Below are positions 1-8,492 of a stretch of DNA of 64,000 nt, piece by piece. The notes under the pieces were generated by a model. That model saw nothing but the letters and a program-made list of their open reading frames with translations, was not told the DNA's origin and searched no databases. Source of the stretch: Jatrophihabitantaceae bacterium (lineage in GTDB: Bacteria; Actinomycetota; Actinomycetes; Mycobacteriales; Jatrophihabitantaceae); the NCBI GenBank assembly GCA_035999365.1, contig DASYGT010000022.1:5167-69166 (forward strand), written 5' to 3'. A program made the translations under genes and the position numbers. Within the stretch, counting starts at the first letter, position 1. Every line of letters starts with the position of its first letter.

Positions 1-864
1 GATGAAGATCATCAGAATGCCGACGCCGCCGACCCAGATCACCAGCGCCTCGGACACCGGCCCGATGCGGTCGATGCCGTTTCCGCCCGGGTCCTTCGAC
101 GCCTTGAGCGCCTCGATGTAGCCGACGATCTCGCGCTTCTGCGTCGGGGTGAGCTGGTTGTCGCTGAAGATAGGCATCTGTTCTGGCCCGGTCATCATCG
201 CCGTCATGATCTGCAAGGCGGTTGCCCGGTTCAGCGACGGGGCGCTCTTACCCGCCGATAGTGGTGCACCCTTGAACGTGGTGCCGTGGCACGACGCGCA
301 GTTGAGCCGGAACAGGTTGCCGCCATCGGCGATGTTGGCGTCGGTGAGGCCGCCCTGCGGGACGCTCGGGCCGCCACCGACCGACTCGACGTAGGCGGCC
401 AGCTGCTGGATCTCCTGCTCGGTGAACTTCACCGCCTTGCGATCTGACTCAGGGCCCTGGCCGGCCAGCGGCATGCGTCCGGTGCTCACCTGGAAGTAGA
501 CCGCGGCGCCCCCGACGCCGAGCAGTGGCTCGCCGCGGTCCTTGACGCCTTGCAGGTTGGCGCCGTGGCAGGTGATACAGCTGACCTCGTAGAGCTGCTT
601 GCCCGCTGCGATGTCCTGCGTGCTGTTGGTCGTGTCACTCGCGCTCGACGTGCTCGCGAAGGCCGCATAGGCGCTGCCCATCGAGACGAGGGCCACGATC
701 AGCACCGCTCCTGTACCGACCCGACGGCGCAGGCTGCGCCGCGGCCGGGAGACCCGCGGGCCGCGCGACGCACCCGGCTCGGCACCGGTGGCCGAGACGG
801 CCGGCCCGAAGCCGAGCTCGCCGTCGATGTCGCCGTCGATGTCGACGTCGAAGTCTTCGGTCAC
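1..864 (-). CDS. qcrC: cytochrome bc1 complex diheme cytochrome c subunit QcrC (C-terminal end cut by window edge)
   Basis: Absent from the ORF track because it runs off base 1. The reverse-strand frame from GTG (862-864) stays open to base 1. It encodes an N-terminal hydrophobic segment, then two heme c sites (CITCHGANLQG and CASCHGTTFKG). It lies 58 nt downstream of ctaE, as in actinobacterial ctaE-qcrCAB operons. Confidence 0.9.
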   Translation of the reverse strand, partial: MTEDFDVDIDGDIDGELGFGPAVSATGAEPGASRGPRVSRPRRSLRRRVGTGAVLIVALVSMGSAYAAFASTSSASDTTNSTQDIAAGKQLYEVSCITCHGANLQGVKDRGEPLLGVGGAAVYFQVSTGRMPLAGQGPESDRKAVKFTEQEIQQLAAYVESVGGGPSVPQGGLTDANIADGGNLFRLNCASCHGTTFKGAPLSAGKSAPSLNRATALQIMTAMMTGPEQMPIFSDNQLTPTQKREIVGYIEALKASKDPGGNGIDRIGPVSEALVIWVGGVGILMIFI

Positions 865-922
865 GACGGTCCCTTCACGGTCGGCGGAGGCGCGGGGCGT
901 GCCAGGTCTTTCGGTGCTCGAG

Positions 923-1564
923 TCATCTGATGATGTAGATCGTCGCGAAGAGGCCGATCCAGACGACGTCGACGAAGTGCCAGTAGTACGAGACCACGAT
1001 GGCGGCCGTCGCCTGCGCGGGCGTGAACTTGCCCAGCGTCGTGCGGATCAGGAACAGGATGAAGGCGATGAGGCCGCCGATGACGTGCAGCCCGTGAAAA
1101 CCGGTCGTCAGGAAGAACACCGAACCGTAACCGGTGCGCGAGATCGTGTTCCCGTCGTGCACCTGGATGCGGTACTCGTTCGCCTGGCCGAGGACGAAGA
1201 GCAGCCCCATGAAGAACGTGAGCGTGAACCAGCGGCGCAGCTTGAAGACGTCGCCCTTCTCAGCGGCGAAGACGCCCCACTGACACGTGAAGCTCGATGC
1301 GACCAGGATGATCGTGAACGGTGTCGCGTAGCCGAGGCTCAGCTTGATCGCTTCGCCGGCGTGACGCCCGCCGTCGAGGGGCAGTGTCATCGGCCAGTCG
1401 CCCGGGTGCACGGACCGCACGGTGAAGTACATCGCGAACAGCCCGGCGAAGAACATGAGTTCACTCGATAGCCAGACGATGGTGCCGACACTGACCACAT
1501 TCGGACGCGTCAGGGAGTGCACCTTGCTGGACTCGAAGCTGGGCGCGGCGGCTGTCGAGGTCAC
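923..1564 (-). CDS. ctaE: cytochrome c oxidase subunit III (CtaE)
   Basis: ORF 923..1912(-) trimmed to the in-frame GTG at 1564 ([13 protein letters not shown]...), giving 213 aa. Multi-TM with subunit III-like strings [24 protein letters not shown] and [13 protein letters not shown]. The discarded 5' extension is Arg/Pro-rich junk. Confidence 0.92.
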   Translation of the reverse strand: MTSTAAAPSFESSKVHSLTRPNVVSVGTIVWLSSELMFFAGLFAMYFTVRSVHPGDWPMTLPLDGGRHAGEAIKLSLGYATPFTIILVASSFTCQWGVFAAEKGDVFKLRRWFTLTFFMGLLFVLGQANEYRIQVHDGNTISRTGYGSVFFLTTGFHGLHVIGGLIAFILFLIRTTLGKFTPAQATAAIVVSYYWHFVDVVWIGLFATIYIIR

Positions 1565-1707
1565 CCCCGCATTATGTACGGTCCGCGGGCGCGAATCGCG
1601 CCGGGGTAGGGGTCGTGTTGCGCGATCCACCGCGGCCGGGCGGGCGCCCGCTGACCCACATCGGAACCGGCAAAACCCAGGGATGCCCCCCGGATAGGAT
1701 CCGGCAC

Positions 1708-2130
1708 ATGACTGGCGCAGACATCGATCGGGCGACCGTCCTTGTGTACAGCAACTCCGCCGGGGTGCGGGCCCAGATCCGCACGGCGGTGGGCCGCCGC
1801 CCGTCGCCCGATTCGGCGCGTATCGACTGGGTCGAATGCGCCACGAACGCCGAGGTTGTCGCCCAGCTGGACGAGGGCGGCATCGACCTGGTGATCCTCG
1901 ACGGCGAGGCACAGCCGACCGGTGGAGCGGGTCTGGCCCGGCAGTTCAAGTACGAGATCGACGACTGTCCGCCGGTCATCGTGCTGATCGCGCGCAAGCA
2001 GGACGGCTGGTTGGCCAGCTGGTCGCTCGCCGACGCTGTCATCGGCCAGCCGATCGACCCCGTCGATGCTGCGGCTGTGGTCGCCGAGCAGCTGCGTCGG
2101 CGCGTCACCGGCATCCCTGTCGTTCGCTGA
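1708..2130 (+). CDS. single-domain CheY-like receiver (probable pseudo-receiver), no output domain
   Basis: ORF 1615..2130 trimmed to ATG 1708 ([16 protein letters not shown]...), giving 140 aa. Receiver-like beta/alpha pattern: [34 protein letters not shown]. The start choice is uncertain. Confidence 0.6.
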   Translation: MTGADIDRATVLVYSNSAGVRAQIRTAVGRRPSPDSARIDWVECATNAEVVAQLDEGGIDLVILDGEAQPTGGAGLARQFKYEIDDCPPVIVLIARKQDGWLASWSLADAVIGQPIDPVDAAAVVAEQLRRRVTGIPVVR

Positions 2131-2133
2131 ACC

Positions 2134-3195
2134 GTGAGCACTCAACCGGCCGGGCGGACGTGGCCGGCGCTCCTCTCCGCACTCATGACCGGGTCGGCGC
2201 TCAGCGCGGCTGACACCTCGTGGGCGATGGACGAGATCATGGCCGGTGAGGCCACGCCGGCCCAGCTCGCGTCGTTCGCCGTGCTCCTGCGTGCCAAGGG
2301 CGAGACCCCCGAGGAACTCGAGGGGCTCGTGCTGGCGATGCTCGCCCGCGCCGCACCGCTGAAGATCGCCGGCCCGGCGGTCGATGTCGTGGGTACCGGT
2401 GCCGACCGGGCGCAGACGGTGAATCTGTCGACCATGGCGGCGCTGGTCGTGGCCGCAAGCGGGCGCCGGGTCGTCAAGCATGGCAACCGCGCTGCGTCGT
2501 CGGCGTGTGGAACTGCAGACGTGCTCGAGGAGCTCGGGGTCGCGATCGACCTCCCGCCGGAGGGCGTCGCTGCGACGGTGGAGGAGGTGGGGATCGGCTT
2601 CTGCTTCGCGCCGGTGTTCCACGCCGGGATGCGGCACGCCGGTGCGCCCCGCCGTGAGCTCGGTGTACCTACCGTCTTCAACTTCCTCGGCCCGCTCACC
2701 AACCCGGCGCACGTAACGGCGGCGGCTATCGGCTGCGCCGACCGAACAATGGCGCCGGTGATGGCCGCGGTGCTCGCACGCCGCGGGGACTGCGCCCTCG
2801 TCTTCCGCGGCGACGACGGGCTCGACGAACTCACCACCACGACGACCTCGAGCGTCTGGGTCGTCTCGGACTCGGCGGTGCTCGAAGCGTCGCTCGATCC
2901 GCGGGAACTCGGGATCGACCCCGTCGCGCCGGAAGCGCTGCGTGGCGCCGACCGCGTCCACAATGCGGCCGTCGTACGCGAGGTCCTGGCCGGCCGCGGG
3001 GCCGGGGTGCGTGACGCCGTCCTGCTCAACGCCGCCGCGGCCGTGGCCGCCCACGACGGCATGACTGCAGACACCTGGCGCGAGGTCGTGCGTTCCGGCA
3101 TCGACATCGCTGCGGCCGCGATCGACAGCGGTGCCGCTGCCGATCTGCTGGACCGCTGGGTCGAGGCGAGCAATCGTGCCCGCACGGCCGGCTGA
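2134..3195 (+). CDS. trpD: anthranilate phosphoribosyltransferase
   Basis: 353-aa ORF with a GTG start. TrpD hallmarks: [59 protein letters not shown]. Divergent from ctaE, as in mycobacteria. Confidence 0.95.
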   Translation: MSTQPAGRTWPALLSALMTGSALSAADTSWAMDEIMAGEATPAQLASFAVLLRAKGETPEELEGLVLAMLARAAPLKIAGPAVDVVGTGADRAQTVNLSTMAALVVAASGRRVVKHGNRAASSACGTADVLEELGVAIDLPPEGVAATVEEVGIGFCFAPVFHAGMRHAGAPRRELGVPTVFNFLGPLTNPAHVTAAAIGCADRTMAPVMAAVLARRGDCALVFRGDDGLDELTTTTTSSVWVVSDSAVLEASLDPRELGIDPVAPEALRGADRVHNAAVVREVLAGRGAGVRDAVLLNAAAAVAAHDGMTADTWREVVRSGIDIAAAAIDSGAAADLLDRWVEASNRARTAG

Positions 3196-3220
3196 CCTGC
3201 ACGCGGGGGACACTGGACTG

Positions 3221-4393
3221 GTGAGTGCGGAGCCCGTTCGTCGCGTGCCGCGCTTGGCGGTGCTTGCGTGGACGGTTGCCGTCGCGGTGCTCGTCGTTCT
3301 CGGTATCGCGGTCTGGCGGTATCTGCGGACGGGCAGCCCGTCAGGCACCGACACGATGGCGGGCATGCACGATCACAGCGCAGCCGATGCCCTCACCCGG
3401 GCAGGCACCCTGCCGCTGCATCCGTTGTTCGGTCCGCACGTCGGTGCCTCACCGCTGTTCACGGTGTGGCACCTGGACGCCGTCGCACTGGCGCTCATCG
3501 TTCTCGTGGGCGCCTGGTACCTGACCGGCGTCGCGCTCGTTGCGGTTCGATCGCCGGGAAGGCGATGGCCACTGCGCCGTACCGCGCTCTTCGTGTCTGG
3601 TCTGGCGGTGTGTGCCTATGCGACCAACGGCAGCATCGCGGTCTACGACCAGGTGCTGTTCACGGCGCACATGGTTGGCCACCTCGCGTTGGTGATGGTC
3701 GCTCCGGCGCTGCTGGTCGCTGGACGACCACTGACGCTCACATTGGCGGCGAGCGCCCCCCCGCATCGCGCACGCATCGAGCGGGTGGTGCAGGGCCGGC
3801 TCGTCGGATTGCTCAGCAGTCCGCCCGTTGCGCTGGCGTCGTACACCGTGGTGATCGTGGGCAGCCACCTCACCGGGTTGATGGACACCGTGATGCGCAA
3901 CACGTGGGCGGGACAGGTCGAGCATCTGGTCTACGTGCTGGTCGGGTGCCAGTTCTTTGCGCTCGTGATCGGTGACGAGCCGCTGCGCTGGCGCCTCGCC
4001 TCACCGGCACGCTGGCTGCTGCTCGCCGTGGCGATGGCCGTCGACACGTTCACCGGTGTCGTGCTGCTGCAGGGCACCCACACCGTGGCGATGCTGCGCT
4101 CGCCGAATCTCGACGTGAACGCCTTGTCCGACACGCGCACAGGTGGCGCCATCATGTGGTTCGGCGGCGACGCGATCATGGCGGTAGTGATGATCATGCT
4201 CGTCATCTCCTGGCTGCGCGCCGCCGACAGCCGCCAGGGTGAGGACGCGGGATGGCTCGAGCAGGCGCGCCGCGCGACGATCGCCGGGAATATCGGCGTG
4301 ACGGCGGAGCCGGACGCGGGCGGGTTCGACGATGACGACGCGGCGCGCGATTCCTACAACGCGTGGCTGGCCCGGCTCGACCAGAACGGGTAG
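3221..4393 (+). CDS. polytopic membrane protein, Caa3_CtaG-type cytochrome c oxidase assembly factor / CopD-like
   Basis: ORF 3131..4393. I prefer the in-frame GTG 3221, which follows the trpD stop and has GGGGGA about 10 nt upstream. Many hydrophobic helices. HMVGHLALVMVAPALLVAGRP and WAGQVEHLVYVLVGCQFF resemble the CtaG/CopD family. It sits in a respiratory gene context. Confidence 0.7.
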   Translation: MSAEPVRRVPRLAVLAWTVAVAVLVVLGIAVWRYLRTGSPSGTDTMAGMHDHSAADALTRAGTLPLHPLFGPHVGASPLFTVWHLDAVALALIVLVGAWYLTGVALVAVRSPGRRWPLRRTALFVSGLAVCAYATNGSIAVYDQVLFTAHMVGHLALVMVAPALLVAGRPLTLTLAASAPPHRARIERVVQGRLVGLLSSPPVALASYTVVIVGSHLTGLMDTVMRNTWAGQVEHLVYVLVGCQFFALVIGDEPLRWRLASPARWLLLAVAMAVDTFTGVVLLQGTHTVAMLRSPNLDVNALSDTRTGGAIMWFGGDAIMAVVMIMLVISWLRAADSRQGEDAGWLEQARRATIAGNIGVTAEPDAGGFDDDDAARDSYNAWLARLDQNG

Positions 4394-4407
4394 CCGAGCG
4401 CTCTCGT

Positions 4408-4695
4408 TCAGTCGGACGAGGTGTAGCCGATCGAGAACGCGTCTTCCAGGTCGTGACGTGAGTACGCCCGGAATGCGATGTGCGTGTCGGTGTGCAGGAC
4501 GCCCGGCACCTTGGACAACCGCCCCGCGATCACCTCGGCGATCTGCTCGAAGTCACGGACCCGCACGATCGCGATCAGATCCACATCGCCGGCAACGCTG
4601 TACACCTCGCTGACCGACTCGAGATCCGCGATCGCCTGAGCGACCTCGGGGATCTTGTCCGACTCGACGGACACCATCACGATGGCAGTGATCAC
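4408..4695 (-). CDS. small Lrp/AsnC ligand-binding-domain-only protein
   Basis: ORF 4408..4914(-) trimmed to GTG 4695 (VITAIVMVSVESDKIPEVAQAIADLESVSEVYSVAGDVDLIAIVRV...), giving 95 aa. This is the typical stand-alone AsnC-type (RAM/ACT-like) domain pattern. The upstream part of the ORF is Arg/Pro junk. Confidence 0.7.
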   Translation of the reverse strand: MITAIVMVSVESDKIPEVAQAIADLESVSEVYSVAGDVDLIAIVRVRDFEQIAEVIAGRLSKVPGVLHTDTHIAFRAYSRHDLEDAFSIGYTSSD

Positions 4696-4730
4696 GCCGC
4701 CATCGTAGGGGAGTAATCCTGCGCGGGCAT

Positions 4731-6500
4731 TCACGAGGCGCGGGCCGGGCGGGCGGACACCGGCAGGCGGCGTCGGTCGGCGAACGGGTCTGCTCCGGCG
4801 GAACCCGTAGTGAGGAAGGCGCGCATGCTCCCGGCGCCGTAGGCGGGCATCGCCCACGGATGCGTCGCCCGGACCAGCCGGGTGCCTGGCTCCTCGAGCC
4901 AGCGCAACACGCACTCGATCTCCTCAGAGAGAATCGGACGGCTGGGGTCGACGGCGTCGGCCGTGGCGAGCAGTGCGTCGATCACCGGCCAGGGCGCGAT
5001 GCCGCGGCGGGCAACGCCGGCTGCGGCGAGGCGGCCGCTCCGGATGACGCTGAACTCCCAACCGCCGCTGCCGTCGGGGCGGGCGGCGACCATCTCGTCG
5101 ACGGACCGGAGGGCCGATTGACGCTGCATGCCCGCGCAAGCACGGACCACGGTGGCGATGCGATCGCGCACCGTCGCGGCCTGCTCGAAGCGGTGGGCGG
5201 CCGAGAGATCGGCCAACTTGTGCTGCAGCGGCTCGACGAGTGGGCGCACGTCGCCGGCCCATGCGGCGGCTACCCCGTCTGCGAGCGCGCGATAGCTCTC
5301 CGGCGTTGTGCCACCCTCGCACGGCGCCGAGCAGCGGCCGATGCCGGCGAGCACGCAGGCTGCGCGGACGAATCGACGCACCGCGAGACGGTCGGTGCAC
5401 TGGCGCAGGGGCACCGCGTCGTGGATCGCGTCGCGCACGGTCTCGGCCTGCCGCTGAGAGCGCAGCGGGCCCAGGTACGCCGCACCGTCGTCTTTCACAT
5501 CCCGCACGATCGACAGCCGCGGATATGCCTCGACCGTGAGTTTCAGCCAGACCGACCGCTCGGGATATTTCGACCGGCGGTTGTAGCGGGGTTTGTGCGC
5601 GGCGATCAGGCGCAGCTCGCGCACCTGTGCCTCGAGTGCGTGGGCGCACTCGATCGGGTCGACGCGCTCGGCGATGCCGATCATCTCGCCCATCCGCGAT
5701 CGGGTCTCACTCGCGACGAAGTACTGCCTGACCCGGTTTCGCAGGTTGCGGCTCGTGCCGACGTACAGCGGCGTGCCGGCGGCGTCGCGGAAGATGTAGA
5801 CGCCGGGCGCGCTCGGCAATCCTTCGGCCAGGTGCCTCTTGCGGCGCTGCGCATCGGTGACCTGAGCCGTGAATGCCCGCAGCTCGGGCAGCGACTGCAC
5901 GCCGATGCCGCCGAGTCGCGCGATCAGCCCGTGCAGGACGTCGACGGTGGCGCGCGCGTCGTACAGCGCACGGTGGTTGGGTGTCGTGTCGGCGTGGAAG
6001 AAGCGTGCGAGAGTCGCCAGCTTGCAGTTCGGGATCTCGTCGCGGGTGAGCACGCGGCGGGAGAGGACTGCTGTGTCGACGACGGCGAACGACGGCCAGG
6101 CGATCCCGTGTACCGCGCACGCGGCGCGGAGGAAGCCGATGTCGAACGGGGCGTTGTGCGCGACCAGGACGCTGCCGCGAGCGAACTCGAGGAACGACGG
6201 CAGCACGGAGGCGATTCGCGGCGACCCGCACACCATCGAATCGGTGATGCCCGTAAGCAGGCTGACGAACGGTGTGATCGAGACGCCAGGATCGACGAGC
6301 GTCTGGAATTCGCCCAGTACCTCACCACCGCATACCCGAACCGCGCCGATCTCGGTGATGCTGTCGGTGGCCGAGGATCCGCCCGTCGTCTCCAGGTCGA
6401 CGACGGTGAAGGTCGTCGACCTCAGGGGTTCGGCCAACTCATCCATGCTCGTCTGCACCCATTGCGGCGATGCCGGGGGTTCCCACCGCGTTGCCGCCAT
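4731..6500 (-). CDS. DEDD (DnaQ-like) 3'-5' exonuclease fused to a GIY-YIG/UvrC-like nuclease domain (Rv2191-like)
   Basis: ORF 4731..6551(-). Exo motif FTVVDLETTGG, then HNAPFDIGFL and HRALYDA. GIY-YIG motif GVYIFRDAAGTPLYVGTSRNLRNRVRQYF. ATG 6500 is preferred (MAATRWEPP...); the alternatives are 6551 and 6446. Confidence 0.88.
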   Translation of the reverse strand: MAATRWEPPASPQWVQTSMDELAEPLRSTTFTVVDLETTGGSSATDSITEIGAVRVCGGEVLGEFQTLVDPGVSITPFVSLLTGITDSMVCGSPRIASVLPSFLEFARGSVLVAHNAPFDIGFLRAACAVHGIAWPSFAVVDTAVLSRRVLTRDEIPNCKLATLARFFHADTTPNHRALYDARATVDVLHGLIARLGGIGVQSLPELRAFTAQVTDAQRRKRHLAEGLPSAPGVYIFRDAAGTPLYVGTSRNLRNRVRQYFVASETRSRMGEMIGIAERVDPIECAHALEAQVRELRLIAAHKPRYNRRSKYPERSVWLKLTVEAYPRLSIVRDVKDDGAAYLGPLRSQRQAETVRDAIHDAVPLRQCTDRLAVRRFVRAACVLAGIGRCSAPCEGGTTPESYRALADGVAAAWAGDVRPLVEPLQHKLADLSAAHRFEQAATVRDRIATVVRACAGMQRQSALRSVDEMVAARPDGSGGWEFSVIRSGRLAAAGVARRGIAPWPVIDALLATADAVDPSRPILSEEIECVLRWLEEPGTRLVRATHPWAMPAYGAGSMRAFLTTGSAGADPFADRRRLPVSARPARAS

Positions 6501-6571
6501 GCTGCGCACGTTAAGCGGGGGGTCCGACGAAATCTGATTCCCACGCCGCACCGCCGCCGTAGCCTCGACGG

Positions 6572-7888
6572 GTGACCGATCACGATGACGGTGGCGCCGC
6601 AGATGGCGACGCCGTTGTCATGCTCAGCGAACCCGTTCGGCAGCGGTTGGTGCTCATTGCGTCGGATGTCCTCGGCCGGCTGCCGGCGGAGGAGGTTCCA
6701 GCCGCCCTGCGGACGATCGCGAAATTCACGCCGGCCAAGCGCGCCAGGCTCGGTGGCGCCTCGCTATCTGCGGCGTTGGATGCGGACGAGGAATTCCGAG
6801 CGCGGGTTGCTGACGTCGTTGCCGAGGCGTCGCCACTTCTCACCGAGGCCGTGCGCGATCGCCACTCGACGGCCGCTTCGGATCCCGTCGACACGGCGGT
6901 GGTGGCGTACCTCACGCGTCCCGACGGCTGGGTCGACGTCGTTGCGGAGGCCAATGCCCGCTGGGCGGCCGAGCAGGCGGGCAGCGACCGTCACGCCGAC
7001 GACATCGCCGCGCTGCGTGCCGAGGTCAGCGAACTGCGCGCCCGGTCGAAGACGCAGGCGGTGCGCGTTCGCGATGCGGTGGCGAAGGCCACGGCCGACC
7101 TGGCCGGACAACTCGACGATGTGCGCAGGCAGCTGCGTGCGCGGACCGGTGAGCTGCGGACGGCCGAGCGCGGCCGGGCCGATGCGCTGCGGGCGCTGGG
7201 CGATGCGGAGCAGGCACGTGCGGTCCAGGCGTCGGCTCAGGAGGCGGATCTTCGTCGCGCGCGGGCGCGTATCGGCGAACTGGAACGGTCCGCGACATCC
7301 GTTCGGCGCGACGCCCGTGCCGACCGTGACGTCGACGACGCCCGGCTATGGCTCTTGGTGGACACCCTCGCCGAGGCAGTCGCCGGCATTCGACGGGAAC
7401 TGTCCCTGGCACCCACGCCGGTACGGCCCGGAGACCTCGTCCGCTCGGCAGAAGAAACCGGTGCGCCCATGCGCCGCACCGACGACCCTGCTGCGCTCGA
7501 CGGATTGCTCGCGCTCCCGAACGTGCACGTGATCGTCGATGGGTACAACGTGACGAAGAGCGGTTACCCCGAGTTGGCCCTCGCGGATCAGCGCAATCGC
7601 CTCGTCATCGCGATGGCGACACTCGCTGGGCGCACCCGTGCCGAGGTGACGATCGCGTTCGACGGGGGAGCGAAACCTCCCGCTCAGCAGCGCACACCGC
7701 GCGGAGTGCGCGTGCTGTTCAGCGCGTCCGGCGAGATCGCCGACGATCTCATTCGACGCCTCGTCGCAGCAGAACCCCCGGGACGACCGCTCGTCGTGGT
7801 GACGTCCGACCAGCAGGTGGTGACCGATGTGCTGCGAGCCGGAGCTTGGGCCGTGCCGTCGGCAGTGCTGCTCGCCCGCCTCGGCTGA
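6572..7888 (+). CDS. NYN (YacP-like) domain protein with long Arg/Ala/Glu coiled-coil N-terminal region
   Basis: 438-aa ORF. The C-terminus (NVHVIVDGYNVTKSGYPELALADQRNRLV...VVVTSDQQVVTDV) matches the YacP/NYN RNase-like fold pattern. The central ~150 aa are heptad-like and charged (ELRARSKTQAVRVRDAVAKATADLAGQLDDVRRQLRARTGELRTAERGRAD). An alternative start is ATG 6620. Confidence 0.8.
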   Translation: MTDHDDGGAADGDAVVMLSEPVRQRLVLIASDVLGRLPAEEVPAALRTIAKFTPAKRARLGGASLSAALDADEEFRARVADVVAEASPLLTEAVRDRHSTAASDPVDTAVVAYLTRPDGWVDVVAEANARWAAEQAGSDRHADDIAALRAEVSELRARSKTQAVRVRDAVAKATADLAGQLDDVRRQLRARTGELRTAERGRADALRALGDAEQARAVQASAQEADLRRARARIGELERSATSVRRDARADRDVDDARLWLLVDTLAEAVAGIRRELSLAPTPVRPGDLVRSAEETGAPMRRTDDPAALDGLLALPNVHVIVDGYNVTKSGYPELALADQRNRLVIAMATLAGRTRAEVTIAFDGGAKPPAQQRTPRGVRVLFSASGEIADDLIRRLVAAEPPGRPLVVVTSDQQVVTDVLRAGAWAVPSAVLLARLG

Positions 7889-7980
7889 TTCACCGAAAGT
7901 GTCGGTGGTGCGACCTAGCGTGCGGTGCGAGGTCTCGACGCGTACCTGTGTCGAGCACGCAGCGACCGAGGAGCCTGGCG

Positions 7981-8184
7981 ATGTTGATTGACTGCGATAC
8001 ATGCACGGTGCGTGGTGATGCCTGCCGCGACTGCGTCGTCACGATGATCCTCGACCGGCCACGGCAACCGGTCGATCTCGACGACGAGGAACAGGCAGCG
8101 GTGGGGAGCCTGGCCGCGGCGGGTTTGCTTCCGCCGTTGCGGCTCGTGCGTCCGGTAACGGTCGCCGAGCGCGGGATCGCCTAA
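7981..8184 (+). CDS. 67-aa Cys4 (CxxC-x6-CxxC) mini-protein, function unknown
   Basis: ATG 7981 is preceded by GAGGAG with a 7-nt spacer. The sequence is MLIDCDTCTVRGDACRDCVVTMILDRPRQPVDLDDEEQAAVGSLAAAGLLPPLRL. G/C-rich third positions are consistent with coding. It is the in-frame tail of a larger spurious ORF, 7348..8184. Confidence 0.6.
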   Translation: MLIDCDTCTVRGDACRDCVVTMILDRPRQPVDLDDEEQAAVGSLAAAGLLPPLRLVRPVTVAERGIA

Positions 8185-8287
8185 GAGGGGGGGTACCCCC
8201 GTGTTGCGCCGTTCCGAACGGCGTCGTAACCTTTCCGAGACCTTTCGGCAGGCGTACCGCCGCACCGGCAGTCACCGGAGGGTCACC

Positions 8288-8472
8288 GCCGAATCGCGAT
8301 ACGTGACGGCGGTCCGTCCCGGGGGGACGGACCGAGGTCACGGCGAGCCGGGGACCCATGGTTCCTGGGGTGAATCGGGACAGAACGGTCACGCTCGATC
8401 AGCGCGACCGTCCTGACTCGTAGGGCATCTTCCGGCCCGAACCCGTCAGCTAACTCGGTAGGCGGATCGAGG
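8288..8472 (+). promoter_or_regulatory. cyclic-di-AMP riboswitch (ydaO/yuaA motif) in the 5' leader of the NlpC/P60 gene
   Basis: Read directly: GAATCGCGAT...GAGCCGGGGACCCATGGTTCCTGGGGTGAATCGGGAC...CCGGCCCGAACCCGTCAGCTAACTCGGTAGGCGG. This matches the conserved cores of the ydaO motif (GGGGACCCA, GGGGUGAAUC, CCCGAACCCGnCAGCUAACcUCGUAgGCG). An internal 10-bp hairpin GGTCCGTCCC/GGGACGGACC is present. The element ends about 20 nt before the SD and GTG of the hydrolase gene. Confidence 0.8.
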
Positions 8473-8492
8473 AAGAAGGAGTTCCGCCAACA

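Noticed and set aside
1561-3366. 601-aa ORF on the minus strand spanning the receiver-like gene and trpD
   Set aside because: It is antisense to an unmistakable TrpD and has Arg/Gly/Pro/His-rich composition with no motifs. This is typical of stop-codon-poor alternative frames in very GC-rich DNA.
4860-6575. 571-aa plus-strand ORF
   Set aside because: It is antisense to the DEDD/GIY-YIG nuclease, which has clear catalytic motifs. The translation is low-complexity and Arg/Gly/Asp-rich.
8187-8200. GGGGGGGTACCCCC palindrome right after the Cys4 ORF stop, considered as a terminator
   Set aside because: It would form a stem with essentially no loop (2 nt) and has no U-tract. More likely it is just a G/C run or part of the long hydrolase leader.
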